Below are positions 9,267 through 17,355 of a stretch of 64,000 nt of DNA, piece after piece. The notes beneath the pieces are model-generated. The model saw only the letters and a list, made by a program, of their open reading frames with translations, was not told where the DNA came from and ran no database searches. Made by a program: the position numbers and the translations under genes. Origin of the DNA: an uncultured Lachnospiraceae bacterium (GTDB lineage Bacteria > Bacillota > Clostridia > Lachnospirales > Lachnospiraceae); NCBI GenBank assembly GCA_910584585.1, contig CAJUBP010000020.1, positions 881-64,880 on the forward strand, written 5' to 3'. The number at the start of each line of letters is the position of its first letter. The stretch's first letter is position 1.

Positions 9267-10472
9267 ATGGCCAAATGGGAATCAAAAGGCGTATTTAAAG
9301 GCATGAAAGTGCTGGACTTTACCATTGCCTTAGCAGGCGTGTATACGGCCTGGCAGTTTGCGGATTTGGGCGCGGAAGTCTGGAAAGTGGAGCGTTACAA
9401 TGCCGGCGACCAGGCCAGAACCTGGGACCCCTTTGTGAACGGGATGAGCACTTTGTACTGTGCGTATAACAAGAATAAACAGAGCATTGAACTGGATCTG
9501 TCCTCCCAGGAAGGAAAGGACGTGATATACCGGATGGTGAAGGAAGCGGATGTGGTTCTTGAGAATTTCAAGAGCGGCTCCATTGATCGTCTGGGACTTG
9601 GATATGATAAGCTGAAAGAAATCAATCCCAAGATTGTATTTATGTCCTTAAGCGGATTCGGGGCAAGCGGCCCTCTGATGAAATATCCCTGTTATGACGC
9701 TATTGCGGCGGCAAGGGGCGGATTTGCGGCCAGCAACGGAGAGCCGGAGGGCGCGCCCATGAAAGCGGGGAACGCCAACTGCGACACCCTCACCGGAATT
9801 TACGGCTTTAACGCCGTGCTGATGGCGTTGATTGAAGCCCGCAGAACTGGAAAAGGATGCAGAATTGACGTGGGCATGTCGGACGTTGTGATGGTATCCT
9901 GCGCAGAAACCTTAATGGATTACGGCAAATATGGAGAGGCCCAGTCCAGATTCGGCAACCACGACAGATTTACGGCTCCTTACGGCATCTTTGAAGCAAG
10001 GGACGGCTGGGTATCCATTATTGCGGATACCGAGGAACGGTGGAAGAGCATGCAGAAGGTATTGGGGCTTGCGGAAGATCCCAGGTTTGCGGACAACGCG
10101 GGCAGGATTGCCAATAAAGAAGCATTGATAGAGCAGATAGAAGCCGTGACTGTTACCATGTTCCGCAGAGAAATCGAAGAAAAGCTGCTGGCGGCAGATG
10201 TTCCTGCGTCAGAAATGCTTCCCTTTATCGAAGCTTATACTTCGGATCATGCCAACCAGACAGAGGCGACCTCCTTTGCGTGGCAGGATAAAATTGGAAC
10301 GATCAGGTTTTACAATAATCCTATCCGCTTTAATGACGAAGTTTGTCCCATTCACAGAGGTTCTCCTCTGCTTGGACAGGATACCAGAGATATTCTGGCG
10401 TCTGTGGGCTACACCGAAGCGGAGATTCAGAAGCTGATTGACGATGAAGTGGCAGGAGAGCATATGTTTTAA
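9267..10472 (+). CDS. Family III (CaiB/BaiF-type) CoA-transferase 2
   Basis: Start moved to ATG 9267 (MAKWESKGVFKGMKVLDFT) after RBS AAAGGAG. Contains FADLGAEVWKVE and YDAIAAARGG motifs. Confidence 0.8.
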   Translation: MAKWESKGVFKGMKVLDFTIALAGVYTAWQFADLGAEVWKVERYNAGDQARTWDPFVNGMSTLYCAYNKNKQSIELDLSSQEGKDVIYRMVKEADVVLENFKSGSIDRLGLGYDKLKEINPKIVFMSLSGFGASGPLMKYPCYDAIAAARGGFAASNGEPEGAPMKAGNANCDTLTGIYGFNAVLMALIEARRTGKGCRIDVGMSDVVMVSCAETLMDYGKYGEAQSRFGNHDRFTAPYGIFEARDGWVSIIADTEERWKSMQKVLGLAEDPRFADNAGRIANKEALIEQIEAVTVTMFRREIEEKLLAADVPASEMLPFIEAYTSDHANQTEATSFAWQDKIGTIRFYNNPIRFNDEVCPIHRGSPLLGQDTRDILASVGYTEAEIQKLIDDEVAGEHMF

Positions 10473-10626
10473 GACGCCTGGCATAAGGAACTGTAGAAAA
10501 TAAGTGACACATATTGACTTGTCTATTTCTCCGATTGCACAGGCCAAAAAGCCTCAGCGTAAGCAGGCAGAAATAGAATTCCCAATTCCGGCAGGTTCGG
10601 GATGGGACGCAATGAGGAGGGCGGTT

Positions 10627-11247
10627 ATGCAGACAGAACAGTTTGTATTGGGGATGTTTGAGACAAATTGCTATCTTGTGACGGGAAAGGAACCGGGAGC
10701 GTGCATTCTCATAGACCCGGCAGATGACGCAGGAAAACTGATTTCCTATATGGAGCAGAAGCGTCTTGTGCCAAAGGCCGTGCTTCTGACCCATGGCCAT
10801 TACGACCATTTTCTGGCAGTGCCGGGCCTGCAGAAACGCTGGCCCAGTCTTCCGGTGTACTGCCATCCGCTGGACTGCCCCAAGGAATTGGAAGAACACG
10901 ATATGGGGATGGTATTTCCAACGGTAACAGCTTTCGCGAATGTCAGAAGTCTGGAAGAAGGGCAGGAATTAAATCTGGCCGGACTGACATTTCATGTGCT
11001 CCACACGCCAGGCCATACCCCAGGATCGGTAACCTTTCAGGCAGAAAACATTCTCTTTACCGGAGACACTTTATTCTGCGGCAGCATCGGCCGGACTGAT
11101 TTTGCAGGCGGGAACATGAAGCAGATGAAAGAGTCCCTTAGACGTTTGGCAGCCATTCCAGGAGATTATCTGGTCTATCCAGGCCACGAAGGACTCACAA
11201 AACTGGATAAGGAGAGAAAGACAAATCCGTATCTGGCATATTTATAA
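10627..11247 (+). CDS. MBL-fold metallo-hydrolase (glyoxalase II-like, possible thioesterase)
   Basis: Start moved to ATG 10627 (MQTEQF) after GAGGAGG. Metal motif THGHYDH and downstream HTPGHTPG. Confidence 0.75.
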   Translation: MQTEQFVLGMFETNCYLVTGKEPGACILIDPADDAGKLISYMEQKRLVPKAVLLTHGHYDHFLAVPGLQKRWPSLPVYCHPLDCPKELEEHDMGMVFPTVTAFANVRSLEEGQELNLAGLTFHVLHTPGHTPGSVTFQAENILFTGDTLFCGSIGRTDFAGGNMKQMKESLRRLAAIPGDYLVYPGHEGLTKLDKERKTNPYLAYL

Positions 11248-11265
11248 ATTTCGATACACAGGAAA
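11246..11265. repeat. Solo 20-nt match to the 5' boundary of the 208-nt hairpin repeat
   Basis: AAATTTCGATACACAGGAAA is identical to 2188..2207, and its last 16 nt match 20424..20439. It lies just after the MBL stop codon. Confidence 0.5.
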
Positions 11266-11280
11266 TACAGGAGGTTAAAA

Positions 11281-12054
11281 ATGGAAAACAAAAAAGTATT
11301 AACAGAGTTAAAAGAAGGCGTACTGATTGTAACAATCAACCGCAACGAGCGCAGAAACGCCATTGACCCGGAAACTTCCGCTATGATGGAAGAAGTATTG
11401 AACAATGCGGAAAAAGATCCGGATGTAGGCTGCATTATCATCACCGGAGCAGGCGAGAAGAGCTTCTGCGCAGGGGAAGATTTAAGCGCTTATGATGAGA
11501 ACGGCGGATGCCAGACCATTATGGAGCACGGCTTTGCAGGAATTACCGAACGTGTCAGCGCAAAACCCATTATCTGCGCAGCAAACGGCACTGCAGTGGC
11601 AGGAGGATTGGAAATCGCGGTATCCTGTGACTTGATTGTAGCGGCAGACCATGCCCGGTTCGGACTTTCCGAGGTGAAGGTAGGGCTTTTGGCAACCAGC
11701 GGCGGCTTAATCCGTCTTCCCAAACTGATTCCCCAGAAAATCGCTGCTGAAATGTGCTTAACCGGCAAGCTAATCTCCGCGCAGCGGGCTTATGAGGTGG
11801 GATTGGTAAATTACGTAGTTCCCGCTGATCAGGTAATGGAAAAAGCCATGGAACTGGCTCAGACTATCGCCAAAAACGCGCCGATTTCCCTGCGTCTCAC
11901 CAAAGAGATATTCCACATTGCGCCTCAGGTATCCCAGGAAGACGCGCAGCGTTTCTGCAACCGCTGCTGGGATTATATTGAGAAAACAGAAGACGCTACC
12001 GAAGGCCCCAGAGCATTCTTAGAGAAACGTCAGCCCAACTGGCAGGGAAAATAA
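11281..12054 (+). CDS. caiD: Enoyl-CoA hydratase/isomerase family, CaiD-like (carnitinyl-CoA dehydratase-like)
   Basis: 257 aa. ITGAGEKSFCAG, GFAGITE, GGLIRLPK and the C-terminal TEDATEGPRAFLEKRQPNWQGK resemble recalled E. coli CaiD. Confidence 0.7.
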   Translation: MENKKVLTELKEGVLIVTINRNERRNAIDPETSAMMEEVLNNAEKDPDVGCIIITGAGEKSFCAGEDLSAYDENGGCQTIMEHGFAGITERVSAKPIICAANGTAVAGGLEIAVSCDLIVAADHARFGLSEVKVGLLATSGGLIRLPKLIPQKIAAEMCLTGKLISAQRAYEVGLVNYVVPADQVMEKAMELAQTIAKNAPISLRLTKEIFHIAPQVSQEDAQRFCNRCWDYIEKTEDATEGPRAFLEKRQPNWQGK

Positions 12055-12158
12055 TGTTACGTTCCGCCAGACCGGCTGGAAATCAGAGATAGAAGAGAGA
12101 TAAAAACAGACAAAAGCAACACGTTCAAGCAAATAATAAATGATAAGGAGGAATTTTT

Positions 12159-13295
12159 ATGGATTTCAGAATCACAGAGGAACAGGAATTGATGGTACAG
12201 GCAATTGAGGAAGCTTTGACACGGGAGAATTTGGAGAGTTATTTCCAGGACTGCGACAAGAATCATGAACACCCGGAGAAATTCTGGGATATTTTGAAAG
12301 AATTAGGCTGCTTTAGCATGTTCCTGCCGGAAGAAGCAGGCGGAGACGGAGAAGGGGCTGTCACCATGTTTTTGGTAATGGAAGCTCTGGGAAGATGCGG
12401 CGCTCCGGTATACCTGTTCTGGGATCATGTAAAAGCAGACGCCCTTTTGGAGAACGGAACTAAAGAGCAGATTGACAAATTTATGCCTCTGTTCTTTGAA
12501 GGACATCCGGCTTACTCCCAGGGATTTTCCGAGCCCACTGCAGGTACGGATTTATCCAGTGACACGATTTTGACCACATATACCAGGAAAAACGGCAAAG
12601 TGTACATCAACGGACATAAACACTTTATTTCCGGCGCCCAGGGAAGCGATTACTGCCTGACTTTGGCGAAAAACAGCGAGAATCCGGAGCAGCTTACCCT
12701 CTGGTTTGTGCCCACCAATGTGCCGGAATGCAAGAAAGAGCCAATGGAGACCATGGGCCTTCATATGGAAAATGTAAACGACATCTGGTTCGACAATGTG
12801 GAAATTGAAGAAAAAGATATGTTCAGCACCGAAGGAAACGGGCTGCTTGCTACATCCAAAGGCTTTGACTATGAGCGCCTCATTGACGCGTTCAACGCTT
12901 ACGGCCAGGCACTCTGCGCATTTGAGGACGCGTGCCGTTACGCTAACCAGAGAGTGGCGTTCGGAAAAGAAATCGGAAAACTGCAGTTGATCCAGAATCA
13001 CATTATGGAAATGGCTATGCGTATTTACTCCATGCGGGATATGCTTCTGCACTTTGCGTGGAACAAAGACAACAATATGTTAAAGCGCGAAGAGGCTTCC
13101 ATTGCAAAACAGTACTGCTCTGAGGCTGCAAATGAGGTTGTTGACCATGCAATGCAGGTAATGGCAGGAATCGGATTCTGCGGAAGCCGTGTCAGCCGTA
13201 TTTACCGTGACCTGAGAATCACGCGTATTTCCGGCGGCACCGGTGAAATTCAGACCGTTATCGCAAGCAAACAGATTCTTAGAAAATATAAGTAA
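12159..13295 (+). CDS. caiA: Acyl-CoA dehydrogenase family flavoenzyme, CaiA-like
   Basis: 378 aa. NLESYFQDCD, YTRKNGKVYINGHKHFIS, CAFEDACRYANQRVAFGKEIGKLQLIQ and RISGGTGEIQ parallel recalled E. coli CaiA. Confidence 0.75.
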   Translation: MDFRITEEQELMVQAIEEALTRENLESYFQDCDKNHEHPEKFWDILKELGCFSMFLPEEAGGDGEGAVTMFLVMEALGRCGAPVYLFWDHVKADALLENGTKEQIDKFMPLFFEGHPAYSQGFSEPTAGTDLSSDTILTTYTRKNGKVYINGHKHFISGAQGSDYCLTLAKNSENPEQLTLWFVPTNVPECKKEPMETMGLHMENVNDIWFDNVEIEEKDMFSTEGNGLLATSKGFDYERLIDAFNAYGQALCAFEDACRYANQRVAFGKEIGKLQLIQNHIMEMAMRIYSMRDMLLHFAWNKDNNMLKREEASIAKQYCSEAANEVVDHAMQVMAGIGFCGSRVSRIYRDLRITRISGGTGEIQTVIASKQILRKYK

Positions 13296-13390
13296 AAAGA
13301 AACCGGATATGATACAGGCAGGGCAGAAAAGAATTCTCCAATTTTCTGCCTGTGCCTGCAAAGAACTGAAACGAAAGGATGGAAGCTATT

Positions 13391-14533
13391 ATGGAATTTA
13401 AATTAAATGATGAGCAGGAGTTGCTGCGGGACACAATCCGCGAATTTACAGAAAATGAAATTGCGCCCATTGCGGCAGAGCTGGATGAGCAGGAACGTTT
13501 TCCGGAAGAATTGATCCCCATGCTGGCAGATATCGGCGTAATGGGAATTCCGATTCCCGAGGAATACGGCGGAGTTGGAATGGGCAACTTAGATTATGTA
13601 CTGGCAGTGGAAGAGATTTCGAAAGCCTGCGCCAGCACCGGCGTTACTGTTTCCGCCCATACTTCCCTGTGCTGCTGGCCGATTCTGGCATTCGGAACTG
13701 AAGAGCAGAAACAGAAATATCTGCCGGATCTGGCAACGGGACAGAAATTGGGCGCGTTCGGCCTGACAGAGCCCAACGCCGGCACAGACGCGGCAATGCA
13801 GGCTTCCACAGCTGAGGATAAGGGAGATCACTACCTGCTCAACGGAAGCAAAATCTTCATTACCAACGGTTCTTACGCTGATGTTTATGTAGTTTTCGCA
13901 ATGACAGATAAGAGCGCAGGCAATAAAGGAATCAGCGCGTTTATTCTGGAGAAAGGCATGGAAGGATTCACATTTGGAAGCAAAGAGCGCAAAATGGGTA
14001 TCCGCGGCTCCGCTACCTATGAACTGGTATTTGACAATGTGAAGGTGCCGAAAGAAAATCTGCTGGGAGAAGTGGGAAAAGGATTTAAGATTGCAATGGC
14101 AACCTTAGACGGCGGAAGAATCGGAATTGCCGCTCAGGCTCTCGGAATTGCCCAGGGCGCCCTGGACGCTGCGTCAGCCTATGTGAAAGAGCGTATTCAG
14201 TTCGGCCGTCCCATCTCCGCGTTCCAGAATACACAGTTCACCCTTGCGGATATGAGAACTCGGGTGGAGGCAGCCCGTCTCCTGGTTTACCGTGCGGCTG
14301 CCAAGAAAGATGAAGGCGGAAAATATTCCGCAGAGGCTGCTATGGCAAAGCTGTTTGCTTCCGAAACGGCAAGAGACGTTACCTGCAAGGCAGTTCAGCT
14401 CTTCGGCGGATACGGCTATACCAGGGAATATCCGGTAGAGCGTATGATGCGCGACGCTAAGATTACAGAGATTTATGAAGGCACCAGCGAGGTGCAGAGA
14501 ATGGTAATCGCTGCGGATATGGGAATCAGATAA
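13391..14533 (+). CDS. bcd: Butyryl-CoA dehydrogenase-like acyl-CoA dehydrogenase
   Basis: Start taken at [12 protein letters not shown] (the track ORF starts 12 nt earlier). Canonical ACAD motifs include [10 protein letters not shown] with the catalytic Glu. Very similar to clostridial Bcd. Confidence 0.8.
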   Translation: MEFKLNDEQELLRDTIREFTENEIAPIAAELDEQERFPEELIPMLADIGVMGIPIPEEYGGVGMGNLDYVLAVEEISKACASTGVTVSAHTSLCCWPILAFGTEEQKQKYLPDLATGQKLGAFGLTEPNAGTDAAMQASTAEDKGDHYLLNGSKIFITNGSYADVYVVFAMTDKSAGNKGISAFILEKGMEGFTFGSKERKMGIRGSATYELVFDNVKVPKENLLGEVGKGFKIAMATLDGGRIGIAAQALGIAQGALDAASAYVKERIQFGRPISAFQNTQFTLADMRTRVEAARLLVYRAAAKKDEGGKYSAEAAMAKLFASETARDVTCKAVQLFGGYGYTREYPVERMMRDAKITEIYEGTSEVQRMVIAADMGIR

Positions 14534-14553
14534 ACAACCGAAGGAGGAAAGCT

Positions 14554-14661
14554 ATGGGTGAAATTATTTTTTCTATCTGTATTGGGGGCTTTCTGGTAGT
14601 GTCAGGAATTGCCATGAACCTGATTCTTAAGAATGAAGAAAAGAAAAATAATATTAATTAA
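14554..14661 (+). CDS. 35-aa single-pass membrane peptide, candidate small accessory subunit of the downstream symporter (not in the ORF track)
   Basis: ATG 14554 lies 6 nt after a strong AAGGAGGA. Product is MGEIIFSICIGGFLVVSGIAMNLILKNEEKKNNIN, a hydrophobic helix plus a basic tail. It sits directly upstream of the SSS transporter. Confidence 0.6.
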   Translation: MGEIIFSICIGGFLVVSGIAMNLILKNEEKKNNIN

Positions 14662-14753
14662 CGTGGCTTCCTGAAACTTATCGCTGTCAGGCGCAGATGA
14701 TTGTCAGTCGTCTGTGCCCGGCGGCAGGAAGGACCCCAAGCGGAGGTGAGGAT

Positions 14754-16367
14754 GTGAACATATTTTTAATTGGAGTAATTGTCAGCATTATCGTATATCT
14801 GGTGGTGGGGCTGTATGCCGGCCGGCAGGTGAAGGATGTGAATGATTACTATGTCAGCGGCCGGAATGCGCCGACGCTTCTGATATCGGGAACGCTGTTT
14901 GCTTCCATGCTGTCAGTCAATGGGTTTATGGGTGATCAGGGCTGGTGTTATACTGGAAATATTACGTCTCTGGTATTTTTAAATTCTCTCTGTGCCTGCG
15001 GATATGTCTTCGGCCCTCTGGTATTTGGACGGTATTTGAGACGATCGGAGTGCACCACCATGCCGGAATATTTCGGCACCCGCTACAAAGACCCGAAAAT
15101 CCGCCGCGTGGCTGCCGTTATTACGATTGTGTCGCTGACAGCTTATCTGTTGGCGTGTATTACAGGGGTAGGCATCTTAATGCAGGAGCTGACCGGTTTT
15201 TCCTATGAGGTCTGCCTGCTGCTGGCCTGGGGATGCTTTACTGCGTTTACCTTTTATTCCGGGTCAAAAGGAGTGGTTCTCACTGATACCATTATGTTTC
15301 TGGTATTTCTGTTTGCGGCAATTCTCTCAGGTCCTGTGATTTTCAGAGCCCAGGGAGGGCTTTCGGAGCTTCTTGCAAATCTGATGAATAATCCGGCGCT
15401 GCCGGAAGGTCTTTTGGATTTTCATGGAAATATTGCTGGAACCGGAGCCCAGGATGTATTTGGGGCAATGATGTATGCCATTACCATGGGGATTATCTGG
15501 TTTATTACCGTGGCAGTGTCTCCCTGGCAGGCGGGCCGGAACCTGATGGCCAAAAGCGAGCATGTGACCTTCCGTTCTGGAGTGGTTGCCGCCATCTGCA
15601 CTGTGATTTTTCTGATGTACTTAAACCTGCAGTCTGTGGCTGTGCTGAACTTAAACGGAGCATTGGAAGATCCCCAGAGAGTTCTGATCTGGGCGTCCTT
15701 TGAGGTGCTTCCCAAATTGCTGGGAACGCTGCTGCTGGCAGGGATTATGGCGGCTGGATTATCCAGCGCTTCCACCTTTTTATCCGTCATCGGATTCTCC
15801 GTGACTTCTGACATTATTAAGAAAGATTTTAAAGATGAGGCGGCGCAGCTTCGGTTCAGCCGTATCGTAATGCTTGTAGTTGGGGTGCTTGCATTGGTAC
15901 TGGCTTATATGGGACTGGGCGGAATCCGGGTGATTTCATGGTTTGCCTCCACAATTATTGCTGCAAGCTGGGTGGTTCCCGGGGTAGGAAGCATTTTGAG
16001 CAAAAAGCTTTCTGCCACAGGCGCGCGGTATTCCATGATTGCTGGATTTTTGGGATTTATGGTTACCAAATGTCTGGCGGGCTTTGGGATACAGCCCTTT
16101 GCGTCACTGTTTGTGAATTTCCTGGATCCATTTTTTATCGGTCTGTATCTCAGTCTGATATTTGCGGTAATCGGAAGCAAGCTTCATCCGGTGGGAAAGG
16201 AAGAGGCGGAGTACCGCAAAGAGCTCTTAGTGCTGCCGGAATCGGAAAAGTCGGCGGCAGAGTACAAGCGTGACCGGATGTATGGATATTTACTGATAGC
16301 AGTGGGAATCGGGACTACTTGTTTCCTGCTGTTTGGATGGGCGCTGCCCTATAACGGTTTGCTGTAA
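14754..16367 (+). CDS. Sodium:solute symporter (SSS) family transporter
   Basis: Start moved to GTG 14754 (VNIFLIGVIVSI) after GGAGGTGAG. About 13 predicted hydrophobic segments with an SSF-like pattern. Confidence 0.75.
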   Translation: MNIFLIGVIVSIIVYLVVGLYAGRQVKDVNDYYVSGRNAPTLLISGTLFASMLSVNGFMGDQGWCYTGNITSLVFLNSLCACGYVFGPLVFGRYLRRSECTTMPEYFGTRYKDPKIRRVAAVITIVSLTAYLLACITGVGILMQELTGFSYEVCLLLAWGCFTAFTFYSGSKGVVLTDTIMFLVFLFAAILSGPVIFRAQGGLSELLANLMNNPALPEGLLDFHGNIAGTGAQDVFGAMMYAITMGIIWFITVAVSPWQAGRNLMAKSEHVTFRSGVVAAICTVIFLMYLNLQSVAVLNLNGALEDPQRVLIWASFEVLPKLLGTLLLAGIMAAGLSSASTFLSVIGFSVTSDIIKKDFKDEAAQLRFSRIVMLVVGVLALVLAYMGLGGIRVISWFASTIIAASWVVPGVGSILSKKLSATGARYSMIAGFLGFMVTKCLAGFGIQPFASLFVNFLDPFFIGLYLSLIFAVIGSKLHPVGKEEAEYRKELLVLPESEKSAAEYKRDRMYGYLLIAVGIGTTCFLLFGWALPYNGLL

Positions 16368-16377
16368 AGTGTGATAT

Positions 16378-16424
16378 GTTTCCTGCTGTTTGGATGGGCA
16401 TTGCCCGATAATGGGATACTGTGA
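16378..16424 (+). repeat. Duplicated copy of the last 16 codons plus stop of the symporter gene
   Basis: TGTTTCCTGCTGTTTGGATGGGC... at 16320..16367 recurs at 16377..16424, offset by 57 nt and in frame. The duplicate TGA overlaps the next gene's start region. Confidence 0.8.
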
Positions 16425-17284
16425 TGAAAAAAGAGTTGGGTTCATTGAAGAGCTGGGGCTTCCTGATGGGAGGCAATCTGCTGTACGCGCTGGCTTTGGC
16501 GCTGTTTCTGACTGGAAATAATATTGCGGCGGGAGGCCTTGCGGGAATTGCAGTGGTGCTCTGCAGTTTCCTGCCGCTGGGAGTGGGAATGCTGACTTTG
16601 GTTATGAATATTCCCATTCTGGCCAGCGCGGTTGTAATTAAAGGATGGCGGTATACCATAGGCACCATTGTCGCGGCGTTTTTGTATTCATTTACGGTGG
16701 AGATTCTTGACCGGATGATGCCGACGCTGACGGATGAACCGCTGGTGGCAGCTATTTTCGGCGGGGTGCTCTACGGAATCGGCATGACGCTGCTTACCGT
16801 CGGTAATGTGTCGGTGGGAGGCACGGATCTTTTGTGCCGTCTGCTGAATGAAAAGATACCGTCTTTAAGCGTTGCCAGACTGAGCCTGTTTATCGACGGG
16901 GGCATTGTGGTTCTGGCGATGCTGGTATTTGGAAATGTGGAAGTGGGGCTGTATGCCATTGTGACAATTTTTGTTTGTTCCACGGTGGCTGACCGGGTGC
17001 TTCTGGGCATTGGACGGGGAAGCATCTGCCTTGTGGTCAGCGGGAAAGACGCGAAAGAAATTGCGTATCCTCTGATGGAGAAGCTGGGGCGGGCAGTGAC
17101 CCGCTGGGACAGCAATGGCATGTATACCGGTGAAGAAAGAAATGTTTTGATGGTGGCGGTGCGTCCCCGGGAAGTGTTTCAGGTGAAAACGCTTTTGAAG
17201 GAATTAGACCCCAGCGCTTTTGTGGTGGTGGTTCCGGCGAACGAGCTTATCGGAGGGCATTTCAGCGGAAGTAAAATAACTTGA
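16421..17284 (+). CDS. YitT-family membrane protein (DUF2179 C-terminal domain)
   Basis: 287 aa. Multi-pass N-terminus and a C-terminal soluble domain with RAVTRWDSNGMYTGEE, typical of YitT. Confidence 0.7.
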   Translation: MMKKELGSLKSWGFLMGGNLLYALALALFLTGNNIAAGGLAGIAVVLCSFLPLGVGMLTLVMNIPILASAVVIKGWRYTIGTIVAAFLYSFTVEILDRMMPTLTDEPLVAAIFGGVLYGIGMTLLTVGNVSVGGTDLLCRLLNEKIPSLSVARLSLFIDGGIVVLAMLVFGNVEVGLYAIVTIFVCSTVADRVLLGIGRGSICLVVSGKDAKEIAYPLMEKLGRAVTRWDSNGMYTGEERNVLMVAVRPREVFQVKTLLKELDPSAFVVVVPANELIGGHFSGSKIT

Positions 17285-17355
17285 TTGGGAGCGGTTTTGG
17301 GGCCCGGGAAACGGGAGATTCGGAACGCTGCCGAGATAAAACTAGGAGGAAGACT

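Noticed and set aside
10504-10626. N-terminal 41-codon extension of the MBL hydrolase ORF.
   Set aside because: It begins at a non-canonical position without an RBS. A GAGGAGG sits 6 nt before ATG 10627, which yields a normal-length MBL protein.
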